A stretch of 64,000 bases of DNA from Zancudomyces culisetae HAW-14-8 (GCA_052426225.1 JBNJNM010000006.1:1860001-1924000), one strand, 5' to 3'. Positions 22,461 through 34,019 are shown, counted from the stretch's first letter. The notes: generated from the letters alone by a model not told the origin. Made by a program: numbers and translations.

Positions 22461-25373
22461 TTACTCAAGACTGAAATTGGGGTGCAGTATCAGTATTGGG
22501 TTTTCTTGGCCAAACCCATCATCCAGTTCTTCATCAATATCCATTTTAGTGGTGGGAGCCTTCAGTGTAATCACTGAACCCTCAACATCCACGAGATATT
22601 TCAATACAGCTTTTACAAGGACCATTTCATGGGTAAAGTCCTCTTCGGAGGCCAGAGATTCTTCACGCTGACTCAGATACCAATCAACTAGGTCCGACAT
22701 TCTCATACCAAGATTAGCTTCTGAGTCATGAGAAGGGTCTTGTTGAGGCTGAGATTCAGATTCAGGGTCTTTTGATCTATCGCTGGCATTTGCGGCATCA
22801 ATAAACTCCTCCACTTGACGAAGTTTGAATATAACCATTGTTCTAATTCTATCGAAATCTTCGCGTTTGACTTTGATTTTGCTTTGAGGAATTTGGGCTC
22901 CAGAGGTATCTACTAGCCTCTCAGTACCAACATCGACACCCGCATTGGCGCTAGGACCAGAAATAACTTTGTTGTTATTTGATGGATCCAAATTTCCGAA
23001 GGTCGGGTGGGTGGTATTTTCAGTGCCATCTGCGACTTCAATGTCATCCATTTCGACACTGACCAGAGATTTCTTGAGTAATCTTGCAGCTTCCCTCACA
23101 TGGCGTGGAGTGATGAAATCCTCACAATAAACCCGAGCCATGGCCTCACTTAGACGAATAAGAGACTCCAATTGTCTAACAGTAATACGGTAGGATTCAG
23201 AGCCACCATTCCCACCTGCATCTTCTTGACGCAGGTTACGGTAAGTTTCCCACATTAAGGTACCAGCCTCTGGAGATATTTTTGGGCTGATAGAGCGTGC
23301 GTATCTAATGTATCTGCGCAGCTGAGCAGTTGTATATGGTGGATCAATCGCTTCATCTCGCAACTGGTGGATGGATACTATATGTCTAGCTGTGTTATAA
23401 TCGGTAGTTTCGTTGGAATCATCAAGAACTATAAAAAAGAGGTCGAACCTAGACATAATCGGTGCGCTCATTGCAATATTCTGGCGAAGTGTAAGTCGTC
23501 GATCATAGCGACCACCGACCGGGTTTGCAGCCGCAAGTATAGATGTTCTGGCATTCAACGAGGCGTATAACCCCGCTTTGGCAATTGAAATTGTTTGCTG
23601 CTCCATCGCTTCGTGGATGGCAACTTGGTCAGACAGATCCATTTTATCAAACTCGTCAATGCAGCAGATTCCGTGGTCTGCTAACATCAAAGCCCCAGCT
23701 TCAATGGTAAATTCACCGGTCTCTTCATCTTTGACCACGCTTGCAGTTAGTCCAGCTGCCGAAGATCCCTTACCCGAAGTAAAAATTGCACGTGGCATAA
23801 AAGTGGATACATATTTTAAGAACTGAGATTTAGAAGTAGAAGGGTCGCCTACAATACACACATTTATATCACCTCTGAGCTTTATTCCTTCGGCTGTACG
23901 TTTGTGTACTCCACCCATTAATTGTAGGAGAATGCCTCGCTTTACCTCCTCGTGCCCAAACACGGTTGGTGCTAATGACTGGACAAGTCTGTTGTAAATT
24001 GTGTTTTTCATTGCTGCCATTTCAAGGATCTCTTCCTTTTCTTCCCGTGTCAAATCAGCCTCATTTGAACCAATGCTCTGCCCATACCTGTTTGTCTCCC
24101 CCCCTTCTACTGCTGCATGAATTCCCAAGAATGCCATTTTGTAGCTCAACTCGCGTGCCCCAAGTGCCTTTAACCCACCAACTCCCTCGCCCGAGTCTGT
24201 CCCCCGCCGAGTTTCTACTGAGTTGGCCAACCCTAACTGTCCGACATCAGGTACTGCCACCAAAACGCCAGTAAATAATGCCGTATCACCTGGTTTCACG
24301 CTTTCCACCATTTCATAGCGTAAAATGACATCAATCGTTCTTGGAACTGCGCCCGGTGGTATCTCATTAGATTTTTCTTGAACACGGATTCGCTGCCAAT
24401 CTGCAAATACGCTCTGCTCTGCTATCAGGTTCCATATTACACGATTTTGACATTGAGGTTTGGTACAAATAGTTGGTTCTGTGTACTTGAATTGTTGTGT
24501 AAGATTGGATACTACTGCTTGACATAGCCCACAAGAAAATGTACCCAAAACCAACTCTGGTCGGACTTCACTCGTGCGTGTGACTGTTCCAACTATTGAC
24601 ACAAGTTTTCCTATTTGCTTTGTTCGAAGTTCGCGGATTCTATGAATTCCAGGCAACCCATAAATGGACACTACCAGTCCTGCACCTTCCGCTTCCACTT
24701 TTGTAAAGTTTAAAGAATCGCGTTTTTCTGTCCGAAATAATCTGTTATGGACTCTTTTTGCTGCTTCGTTGAGGTATTTTTCTAAACGATAGTAATTTTC
24801 GCTAATATATGTTCCGAGCATCTCCTCATAGTCAAAAATATCTTGGTATTTAACATGGACGGTGTTGGTCTCATTTAACCTGTTCTCAATAAGCTGCATC
24901 ATATAAGGTCGTTCCTTATACTTTTCCTTCAGAGTAGATTCAAACCCGCCATGCTCTTCGCCACCATACTCTTTCTCTCCAACACTTTCCGAGCTAGTAA
25001 AATTTTCCAAAAAAACCTCAAACGTTTCTCGAATTTTTTCTGCAGCCTCATCTTTAATTTTTGCACGATAGTCTGGTTGTCTTAGTTCGGCTTTAAGCCT
25101 CCGTAATCGGTCAGCCTGAACTTCACTTATAGTTTCCCCACTTTTTCCTGTCTGGACCTCCCCAGTACCTTCGCCGGCTTTTGACTTTCCTACATCCTCC
25201 TTTTCTGAATTGCTTTTTGGTTCATCTGTTCCAAGTAGATTTGGTGCAGATGTCAGCAACCCAGCATTTGATGTTGGTGGTGGTGACATCCCACCACTAG
25301 TTATTTGAGTTTCCCTATTCAATAAGAACTCGCTTGCCAGGCTTGAGGGAATTCCGTTTCTGTCACTATCCAT
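22461..25373 (-). CDS. MCM6: DNA replication licensing factor MCM6 (970 aa)
   Basis: GTVTRTSEVRPEL, zinc finger C-x2-C...FKYTEPTIC-x4-C, Walker A GDPSTSKSQ, Walker B IDEFDKM, arginine finger SRFD, MCM6-typical SYRITVRQLESLIRLSEA, and a C-terminal winged-helix region. Confidence 0.96.
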   Translation of the reverse strand: MDSDRNGIPSSLASEFLLNRETQITSGGMSPPPTSNAGLLTSAPNLLGTDEPKSNSEKEDVGKSKAGEGTGEVQTGKSGETISEVQADRLRRLKAELRQPDYRAKIKDEAAEKIRETFEVFLENFTSSESVGEKEYGGEEHGGFESTLKEKYKERPYMMQLIENRLNETNTVHVKYQDIFDYEEMLGTYISENYYRLEKYLNEAAKRVHNRLFRTEKRDSLNFTKVEAEGAGLVVSIYGLPGIHRIRELRTKQIGKLVSIVGTVTRTSEVRPELVLGTFSCGLCQAVVSNLTQQFKYTEPTICTKPQCQNRVIWNLIAEQSVFADWQRIRVQEKSNEIPPGAVPRTIDVILRYEMVESVKPGDTALFTGVLVAVPDVGQLGLANSVETRRGTDSGEGVGGLKALGARELSYKMAFLGIHAAVEGGETNRYGQSIGSNEADLTREEKEEILEMAAMKNTIYNRLVQSLAPTVFGHEEVKRGILLQLMGGVHKRTAEGIKLRGDINVCIVGDPSTSKSQFLKYVSTFMPRAIFTSGKGSSAAGLTASVVKDEETGEFTIEAGALMLADHGICCIDEFDKMDLSDQVAIHEAMEQQTISIAKAGLYASLNARTSILAAANPVGGRYDRRLTLRQNIAMSAPIMSRFDLFFIVLDDSNETTDYNTARHIVSIHQLRDEAIDPPYTTAQLRRYIRYARSISPKISPEAGTLMWETYRNLRQEDAGGNGGSESYRITVRQLESLIRLSEAMARVYCEDFITPRHVREAARLLKKSLVSVEMDDIEVADGTENTTHPTFGNLDPSNNNKVISGPSANAGVDVGTERLVDTSGAQIPQSKIKVKREDFDRIRTMVIFKLRQVEEFIDAANASDRSKDPESESQPQQDPSHDSEANLGMRMSDLVDWYLSQREESLASEEDFTHEMVLVKAVLKYLVDVEGSVITLKAPTTKMDIDEELDDGFGQENPILILHPNFSLE

Positions 25374-27168
25374 GCCTTATCTGATTATTATAGCCTTGTT
25401 TGGTTGTCTACTTTTATATTTATTTTTACAAATATCTAGAATATATATTTTAGTATCCTACGATCTTATTAGTATTCTAAACTTTACAAGTAGTGATATG
25501 TGGAGTAAAATGTATCAATCAAGCTGACAAAAATACAATGCAGTGAAAGAAAAAATTTAACCATTAGTTGACCTAAATAAATTTATTATTGTTTACACTA
25601 GCACAGGATGCGTTTTTATTTGCTAAAACTATTTTGCTCCATCGTTCAGTTTATCAATAAACTATTGGTTATTTTTATTTATTTTTTCTGTTTTCCTAGG
25701 CTAGTGTTTATATGTTTGCTAAAAAAAATTGACATTGGTGGGCAGCTTGAAGTAATATTTTAACCCAAGTATATAAAGCCTTAAATGAAGTACAAGGTGG
25801 AGTAAATTTCTATGAAAACAACACAAAACTAGTATTAGAATGGTCAGATAATTTATTGAATATAAATATTCACAAGACAAACCACATAAACTAGAAAACA
25901 CATGTTCACCACTATTCCCTAAATAGTTATAGCGGAATAAACCTATCTATGGTAAATAGCTAAAGAAATGGGGTTTGTTTCATTTTCAAGAGCTGTACAG
26001 AATGTTGGTAATAGCGTTTACTGACTTTAGAATATTCCTTTTTGAGAATATACATGCCTGATTATCCAAAAAGCCAGGGGAAAAAAGACTCTGTTCATAC
26101 CATTTTTAATCTACTCAAAGTTTTGTGACGTTTTTTTACGTTATTTTTTTCCATTTTAGCACTAGTCGTAGACTAAGTTTAGTATGTTAATAGACATAAT
26201 AAGAAAGGTTAAATAAAGATTAATTTATAAATATTAAACTAATAGAGTTGAGGAATAGTATTCAAGAAACAAGTGGACAGGCTTAGTGTTTTCTATGGCC
26301 AGAAAATATCATATCACAAAAAAAGATAAAACCACCGATTAATAGTTCAGTATCACTGGTATTATTTTTATAAACTACCCGTTGCTGATATATAACAAGT
26401 GAACTAATGAATACACCTTGAATTGGTGTCAAGTGGTACAGATCCTTTTCTATATTTCGGGATCCCTAACACTGGAGTATACAAGTAGAATCAGAGTGCG
26501 TTTATAGTAGAGATTACCTTTTAAGTATTAAAAATGCGCTGTTAAATGCTAGAGCAATAAAGGCATCGGCTAAAGGAATTACATGGTCAATCCAGAACGT
26601 TTCTGACAAATAATTGGTAGTATAAATATCATTAGCTAATAGTGAAAAAAGCATTCAATGCTTCATCATCAAAGATAAAACCCAGTGACAAATAAGAGTG
26701 GAACAAAAAAAGTGAATGTAACTACACGAGTAGTGCGATGCATATAGATTGGGTTTGTCATATCATATATATATGTATTTGCACGGGCTTATAGCTGATC
26801 CAATAATTTAGCTGGGGTTTATCCAGTTATGCATAAATGTGACAGCAACTTTTTCAACTCTAACTTCAAAATGCACAACCAGGGAGAATTTTAGAAGCCA
26901 GAAAAAATAATTGGGGAGGGTGGTTGATGTTGCAAATCAAATGGCTTCAAGCATGCCTGCTGATTTCGCTTTAAGTAGTCAACACATAGTTAAAACTAAA
27001 CAACAGGATTTGAAATTGAAATTAAAACTTCAAGTCTATATATGGTCCACACCTGCTCGAACCAATGTTGCCAATTTTAGCAAAAAGGTACAGCAAAAAA
27101 AAAGAAAATAAACTACTGGCTGCTGGGTTAATTAGATTTTAGATTTTCATCTCACACTGCTTAAGCAC

Positions 27169-27604
27169 CATCTTTATCATATCTATCAATTCTAATTAAT
27201 GGGGTTTTTCACTTAATGTGCTTTGTTTTGCTTTGGCTTTTTTGTTTTATTGGTTCATTTTGGTAATACTAATGATAGTGTCAGCTCAACTATCTATGTG
27301 CGTTTCGGAATGTGACAAAGCTTAAACGAATGAAACCCAAGGTTGTAGTGTGACTGCAATGAACATTTAACATCTATTTGTGATGGTTCAAGATTTGATG
27401 TTGGCGACTTGAGACACTAGGGAATTCCAGCCGTGCTACACTGGATAACTGGTTGTATGTTTGTATGTTTGTATGTTTTTTTTGTAAAATTGTAACTGGA
27501 GAGCTAAAGTATACGTCGAATTGTTAAAGCTGAAGAAATGTACCAGCGCTTATTATATTTTGTGCGAATAGTTTACTGTATAGCACCATCAATTTGATAA
27601 TCTT
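27169..27604 (+). repeat. 436-bp non-coding block, copy 1 (direct repeat of 30909-31345)
   Basis: Direct comparison by eye gives about 9 differences, including one extra T, over ~436 bp. Confidence 0.93.
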
Positions 27605-28526
27605 TGAGAATTAGAAAATACGCTTAATACAAAATTGGCGGATTCCGTTTAGATCTAATATGGTTCCATTTTAGGTATTTGAATTGAGGCGGTTGGTCGA
27701 TAAGGCTAGAAATTGCAGCAAAGACAAAGCCATGTAATCAACCTCAAGAAAAATCGATATTTTTTTATGTTAGCCTATCGCATTTGCGAGCTTTTTACTT
27801 TTGTGTCTTTTCAGACTTGTGGCTGTAGTTGGCTTTATTGCCAGTATTTAATCCAATGTTTTTATTCGCAAGCCAACTCAAACTCAAGTTAAATTAGTCA
27901 ATTACTTGATAGGGTTTGTAATTTGTTTCAGACATATTTATCAAATCATGCTCCAAAATTTCATTATTATCCTTTCTTTAGATATATACAACTGCAAATC
28001 AGCTAAGAATTATTTACCAAGGATTTATTATTTTCTTATTTGGTGCAGTTAATAGATAAAATTTTTATTAGTTGCATTGGGAAAAAAAAAACTGATCTTA
28101 CCCCTTTCTTGTACAATAACCTATAACACATAATACTGGAAGTTGATTTGCCAGGAGGCTAGTTTTTGATATTTCCAAACAATTCTAATCAAAAAAAAAA
28201 TTTTCTCATAGTTGCACTGTGTATAACCAGGACGTAATAGTGGTAACTGAACTTTTTTACGGAATGGGGTTATAGCTGATTTGAAGAAATACAAAAAACC
28301 AACGGTCGAGAAAACAATCATTGTACGGACCACAAAATTGCAATTTTGGAGTTGTCGCACGGACGTCTGCTGGTTTTTATTTTACTATTCTATTACCCAA
28401 AACAAATGAAAATGAGTTAGTAGCGAGTATTTGCGAATTAATGATGGGGATGTAAGAGAAAATCTTTTTTGGTGAGGACAACTCTGTGATAAAAAACCAT
28501 CCATTAGAAATTCTCAAAAATTGGAA

Positions 28527-28533
28527 TATAAAG
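28527..28533 (+). promoter_or_regulatory. Putative TATA box of permease 1
   Basis: aaaaattggaaTATAAAG about 166 nt before the ATG. The same context (aaaaatgggaaTATAAAG) lies about 168 nt before the paralog ATG, while the surrounding promoter is diverged. Confidence 0.55.
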
Positions 28534-28692
28534 AGAGGGGGGGGGGGGGGGGGAAGTAATCCTCTATTGTCATCGGTCTGCATTTAGAACGGTTCTTTTG
28601 TTATTATATTATTTATTTTATACATCTTGAAAAACAAAAAATTTTGTATCAGAATATAAGATTGCTTTAAACGTATCCGGACGTATACTATT

Positions 28693-30207
28693 ATGGAGCA
28701 GGAAAACTCGGGCCCAGAGAAGGGCGTAGCACAAAAGAGTGCAATGAATAGCCACCTAAATCGAGGGTTGAAGAGGAGACACATGTCTATGATTGCCCTT
28801 GGTGGTGCAATTGGTACAGGTCTTTTTATCGGCTCTGCTGGTGGTCTTGTCACAGCTGGCCCCGGAGGGCTTTTGGTAGCATATACCGTCACAGGACTTT
28901 TGATGTTTTTCACAATGTGTGGTTTAGCAGAAGTGGCAACCTATGTTCCAGTTACGGGTACGTTTATGGCATACAGTGAGCGCTTCGTTGATAGAGCTCT
29001 TGGGTTTGCTATTGGATGGACATATTGGCTCAGTCGTATTCTTGTAATTGGAACAGAGTTTGTTGCTGCTGGTGTGTTGGTGAGCTACTGGCTCCCTGGT
29101 ACACCTAAATACATCTGGGGCCTTGTAAGTGCTGTGATTGTATTTACATTTAACATCTTCCACGTCAAAGGTTTTGGTGAAGCAGAGTTCTGGTTTGCGC
29201 TTATAAAAGTCATCATGATTCTCGCATTCATCGTGATTGGTGTATGTATTGTATTTGGATGGCTCGGAGGTGTAAAATATGGAGTTTCGTTATGGCACTA
29301 CAAAGATGGACCATTTGTAGACGGGTTCAGAGGCACCATGTTTGCCTTTGTCTTTGCTGTTTATGCATATGAAGGTTCGGAAGCTATCGGGCTTACTGCT
29401 GGAGAATCAAAAAATCCAAAAAAAGACGTTCCAGCTGCTATACTTACTCTTTTTTATAGAGTTATGCTCTTCTACGTTGTATCCATTTTTCTCATGGGCC
29501 TTATTCTGCCATACGACGATCCATCGCTCAGTTCTCTTGGCCTCGCTACCGTCAAAGTTGCGCCGTTCACCCAGGTTTTTAGCAAGGCTGGTATTGCTGC
29601 CGCTCCTCACATAGTCAATGCTGTTGTGTTGTCATCCGTGCTATCTGCCTGTAACACAAACTTGTATACATCGTCAAGGCTGTTGTATTCATTACATCAC
29701 TTTGGACATGCTCCAAAGATCCTGGCAAAAACAACAAAAAACGGGGTTCCATTTATTTCCTTGATTCTTACGGAATGTTTGGGGCTTTTGTTCATTATCT
29801 TGGCTGAGTATTCAAATAACGCGTACCTATTTTTGGTGAATATGAGCAGCATCTTTGGATTGATGGGTTGGACTACCATTTCGATAGTTCACATATTTTT
29901 CAGAAGAGCATATAGACTGCAGGGCTACAAAGTGAAGGACCTCCCATACAGGTCACCATTGTATCCATTTGGACCATACTTTTGTCTCACATTTATTGCC
30001 TTTATTATTGGAAGTCAGGTTTATGCTGTTATAATTAAAAAGCAAACTGTCCTTCAGAAGGTATCCACGCTTATAGGTATTCCGATCTTCCTTGGTCTTT
30101 ATTTGAGCTACAAAATAATCAAAAGGCCAAAGTTTGTAAACCCTTATGAAGCTGATCTAATAACGGACTCTTCTAACTACATTGACTATACTGCTACCGA
30201 TGCTTAA
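28693..30207 (+). CDS. APC-superfamily amino-acid permease (YAT/LysP-like), paralog 1, 504 aa
   Basis: LKRRHMSMIALGGAIGTGLF, GEAEFWFALIKV, GSEAIGLTAGESKNP and about 12 hydrophobic segments. Intronless. Confidence 0.95.
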   Translation: MEQENSGPEKGVAQKSAMNSHLNRGLKRRHMSMIALGGAIGTGLFIGSAGGLVTAGPGGLLVAYTVTGLLMFFTMCGLAEVATYVPVTGTFMAYSERFVDRALGFAIGWTYWLSRILVIGTEFVAAGVLVSYWLPGTPKYIWGLVSAVIVFTFNIFHVKGFGEAEFWFALIKVIMILAFIVIGVCIVFGWLGGVKYGVSLWHYKDGPFVDGFRGTMFAFVFAVYAYEGSEAIGLTAGESKNPKKDVPAAILTLFYRVMLFYVVSIFLMGLILPYDDPSLSSLGLATVKVAPFTQVFSKAGIAAAPHIVNAVVLSSVLSACNTNLYTSSRLLYSLHHFGHAPKILAKTTKNGVPFISLILTECLGLLFIILAEYSNNAYLFLVNMSSIFGLMGWTTISIVHIFFRRAYRLQGYKVKDLPYRSPLYPFGPYFCLTFIAFIIGSQVYAVIIKKQTVLQKVSTLIGIPIFLGLYLSYKIIKRPKFVNPYEADLITDSSNYIDYTATDA

Positions 30208-30908
30208 ATGACTCTGTCTATTATTTTCTTTCTGGAATTAGTTAATCAATACACTTGCTCTTAATAAACATTAATTAATATTTAGATGTAATAAAAACTG
30301 GATATTTATTTACCTAAAAGTACAAACCCAAAAAGAACCGACTACATACTGGTTTCAGCTAACAAGAAATGATCTCATGTTTTTCAACTAAGATGAAGGT
30401 ACATATACCATGCCAAAGAGGATGCTGCATCAGAAGGAAATTAGCATTGCGTTGAACTACGTCCACAGTTAATACACTTTGAGCTAAAACCTATAGTTTA
30501 TATATCTTCATATTCGTTGTCAATAGCTTTCAGCAAAAAGTTGGTGAATAAATTTGAAACAACGGATGTATAAATTACGGATGTTCCATGTAAATTATAT
30601 GTTTTTAATATTGTATCAATAACTCTTATCTTTAATCTTCTTCAATCTAGCCGGAATGGTGCATCTATTTTAGATGCGATACAAACAAATAGCATAAGCC
30701 ACAGAGGAACTATCTCTATTTGCAGACCTTGATTGACTCGAAAAACAACACATAATTTTTTTGATGGTATGCGATTGTATTTCAGCCACCTGTATGGCTT
30801 TATTTATCTTGAGATACTTAGAAGTAAATGAAAATAAAAATAATAAAAATAAACTGCTAGCTGTTCACTCATTAGCTGCTGAGCCTTCAGCTCAAATCAC
30901 ATAAACAT

Positions 30909-31345
30909 CATCTTTACCATATCTATCAATTCTAATTAATGGTATTTTTCACTTGATGTGCTTTGTTTTGCTTTGGCTTTTTTGTTTTATTGGTTCATTT
31001 TGGTAATACTAATGATAGTGTCAACTCAACTATCTATGTGCGTTTCGGAATGTGACAAAGCTTAAACAAATGAAACCCAAGGTTGTAGTGTGACTGCAAT
31101 GAACATTTAACATCTATTTGTGATGGTTCAAGATTTGATGTTGGCGACTTGAGACACTAGGGAATTCCAGCCGTGCTACACTGGATAACTGGTTGTATGT
31201 TTGTATGTTTGTATGTTTTTTTTTGTAAAATTGTAACTGGAAAGCTAAAGTATACGTCGAATTGTTAAAGCTGAAGAAATGTACCAGCGCTTATTATATT
31301 TTGTGCAAATAGTTTACTGTATAGCACCATCAATTTGATAATCTT
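30909..31345 (+). repeat. 437-bp non-coding block, copy 2 (direct repeat of 27169-27604)
   Basis: Near-identical to copy 1, at an offset of 3740-3741 bp. Confidence 0.93.
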
Positions 31346-32336
31346 CGAATATTTGAAGCTGCAATATATATGAAACTTGTATTCCTCCTTGATCGCTGCA
31401 GCTGAAAATTTAGTTTTTGTTAATTTAGAGAGATGTAGATTTGCGAAGTTTAATGTCTGTGAAACGAAATAAGCACAATAAAATAAATAAGCAGTTTTAC
31501 ATTGATCTATAATAATTCACTTTAATTTCAAGTGATTGATTGATTTTTTCACATCCTTTTTATTACAGATTATCAGCACCAATTTTATTTTTCTATACAA
31601 TATAATGACAGGGGAAATTAAAGGTATAATTTCGTGTTTACAAGTTTAAAGACTATGATTAACGTCCACTAGAAATCTACGGACTTTTTCGATGGATTCT
31701 CCCCTCCCATTCCTTCGTTTAACCGGCTTTTTACGAGGCTAATATTCAAGCTTTACAGTGATAAGTAAAAAAAAATACTTTGTTTGGTTTTTGTTGAGGC
31801 GTGGTGTACATTAAAAATTTAATTTAATGAGTTTCAGGTATGAATAAACACAAACGTTAATTGATCTAGTTAAAATGGCTTATACAGTTATTACATCTCA
31901 ATAATAGCCAGTTCAATCAAATTAACTGATGCGGTACTAGTGACTATCATCCTAACTCCCTTTTTATTTGTGTTGGGTCACGTTAAAAACCCCGCTATTA
32001 TGTTTCTTTATATCCAAAAAGTCAAGTTCTGAAAATTGAAATTCCAAATTGTTAAAGTTACAAAACGTTTAAACCGAACTTTCAAAAATTTTGCAACTGG
32101 TCCATGAAACTCAGTATTTTATCCTTCAGGTGTAACACAACTATGAAACAGTATATATAGCTAATAACCAAAAAACAGTAAAAAAAACCATAGTTTTAAA
32201 TCTATGAATTTCCTACTCCCCCTTATAGCAACCCGGTGCATGAAAAGAACAAGACTGACTACAGTATCAAAATTAAAACAAATGGTCACTATACCCCTCT
32301 CTCCACCTCCCCCTCCTTCTTCCTAAAAAATGGGAA

Positions 32337-32343
32337 TATAAAG
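32337..32343 (+). promoter_or_regulatory. Putative TATA box of permease 2
   Basis: Conserved in sequence context and in spacing to the ATG with 28527-28533. Confidence 0.55.
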
Positions 32344-32504
32344 CTGCTCAAATACTCTGAGACGATTAAATCACACAGCATAAGTAGTCTTTTAAAACAA
32401 ACTAATTTTAGCAAAGCCGAGGGCTATACATTATATCATACACACTTGGTCTAGGTTAATTTTAATTTATATAACGGTTATACTTGTATTTTTGAATATA
32501 CCAA

Positions 32505-34019
32505 ATGGAGAAACCCAAATCAGGCTCAGAGAAGGGCGTAGCACAAAAGAGTGCAATGAATAGCCAGCTAAATCGAGGGTTGAAGAAGAGACATATGTCT
32601 ATGATTGCCCTTGGTGGTGCAATTGGTACAGGCCTTTTTATGGGATCTGCCGGTGGTCTTGTCACAGCTGGCCCCGGAGGGCTTTTGGTAGCCTACGCTA
32701 CCACAGGACTTTTGATGTACTTTGTTATGTGCGGATTGGCAGAACTAGCAACGTATATGCCTGTCACTGGTGCATTCGCAACATATTGCGAACGTTTTGT
32801 TGATCCGGCTCTTGGATTTGCTATCGGATGGACATACTGGTTTGGTTGGATTCAAGCAGCGGGAACAGAGTTTGTTGCAGCTGGCGTATTGGTGAGCTAC
32901 TGGCTTCCAAATACCCCGCAATACATCTGGGGTATTGTTAGTGCTGTGATTGTCTTTACATTTAACATCTTCCACGTCAAAGGTTTTGGTGAAGCAGAGT
33001 TCTGGTTTGCGCTTATAAAAGTCATCATGATTATCGCATTTCTCATAATCGGTGTCTGCGTTGTATTTGGATGGCTCGGAGGTGTAAAGTATGGAGTTTC
33101 AAATTGGAAAATCGGTGAAGCCCCATTTGTAGATGGTGCAAAGGGTACCTTATTTGCATTTATATTTTCGGTTTATTCGTATGGAGGATCAGAGACTATT
33201 GGACTAGCCGCTGGAGAATCAAAAAATCCAAAAAAAGACGTTCCAGCTGCTATATTTAATCTTGTTTACAGAATCGTACTCTTTTATGTTCTTTCAATAT
33301 TCATTATGGGTCTTGTGCTGCCGTACAACGATCCTTCACTCAGTTCTCTTGGCCTCGCTACCGTCAAAGTTGCGCCGTTCACCCAGGTTTTTAGCAAGGC
33401 TGGTATTGCTGCCGCTCCTCACATAGTCAACGCAGTTGTTTTATCATCCGTTTTATCATCCTGCAACACAAGTATGTATTCTTCTTCAAGGATGGTATAT
33501 GCATTGTACCACAATGGACAAGCTCCAAAATTTCTGGCTAGAGTATCAAAAAGTGGAGTTCCATATACCTCTCTAATCTTTGCAGTGTTTTTAGGACTTC
33601 TCTTTGTTTTACTGTCGGCACTTTTGGAGAATGCTTACGTATTTTTAGTTAATATGGGTGGTATCTTTGGAATGGTGAGTTGGGTAACTATTGTGACAGT
33701 CCATATTGCTTTTAGGAGGGCATACAAAGTACAAGGCTACGACGTTAAGAATCTTCCTTACAGGGCACCTTTGTATCCATTTGGCTCCTACTTTGCATTT
33801 TTGCTCCTGGCTGTTATAATAATCGGCCAGGTAGCGATTGTTTCTACACGAGACCAGGATGTCGTAGGAAAAATATCTACCCTTGCAGGGCTTCCTCTTT
33901 TTGCTTTCCTGTTCATAGGGTACAAAATTATAAAAAGAACAAAGTTTAAAAGGGCTAGAGAAGTAGATCTTGAAACTGATGCATCCACTTATATTTCCTA
34001 TGAAACCGAAACTGCTTAA
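32505..34019 (+). CDS. APC-superfamily amino-acid permease (YAT/LysP-like), paralog 2, 504 aa
   Basis: Colinear and equal in length with paralog 1, with the same signature motifs. Contains the NWKIGEAPF loop. Confidence 0.95.
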   Translation: MEKPKSGSEKGVAQKSAMNSQLNRGLKKRHMSMIALGGAIGTGLFMGSAGGLVTAGPGGLLVAYATTGLLMYFVMCGLAELATYMPVTGAFATYCERFVDPALGFAIGWTYWFGWIQAAGTEFVAAGVLVSYWLPNTPQYIWGIVSAVIVFTFNIFHVKGFGEAEFWFALIKVIMIIAFLIIGVCVVFGWLGGVKYGVSNWKIGEAPFVDGAKGTLFAFIFSVYSYGGSETIGLAAGESKNPKKDVPAAIFNLVYRIVLFYVLSIFIMGLVLPYNDPSLSSLGLATVKVAPFTQVFSKAGIAAAPHIVNAVVLSSVLSSCNTSMYSSSRMVYALYHNGQAPKFLARVSKSGVPYTSLIFAVFLGLLFVLLSALLENAYVFLVNMGGIFGMVSWVTIVTVHIAFRRAYKVQGYDVKNLPYRAPLYPFGSYFAFLLLAVIIIGQVAIVSTRDQDVVGKISTLAGLPLFAFLFIGYKIIKRTKFKRAREVDLETDASTYISYETETA

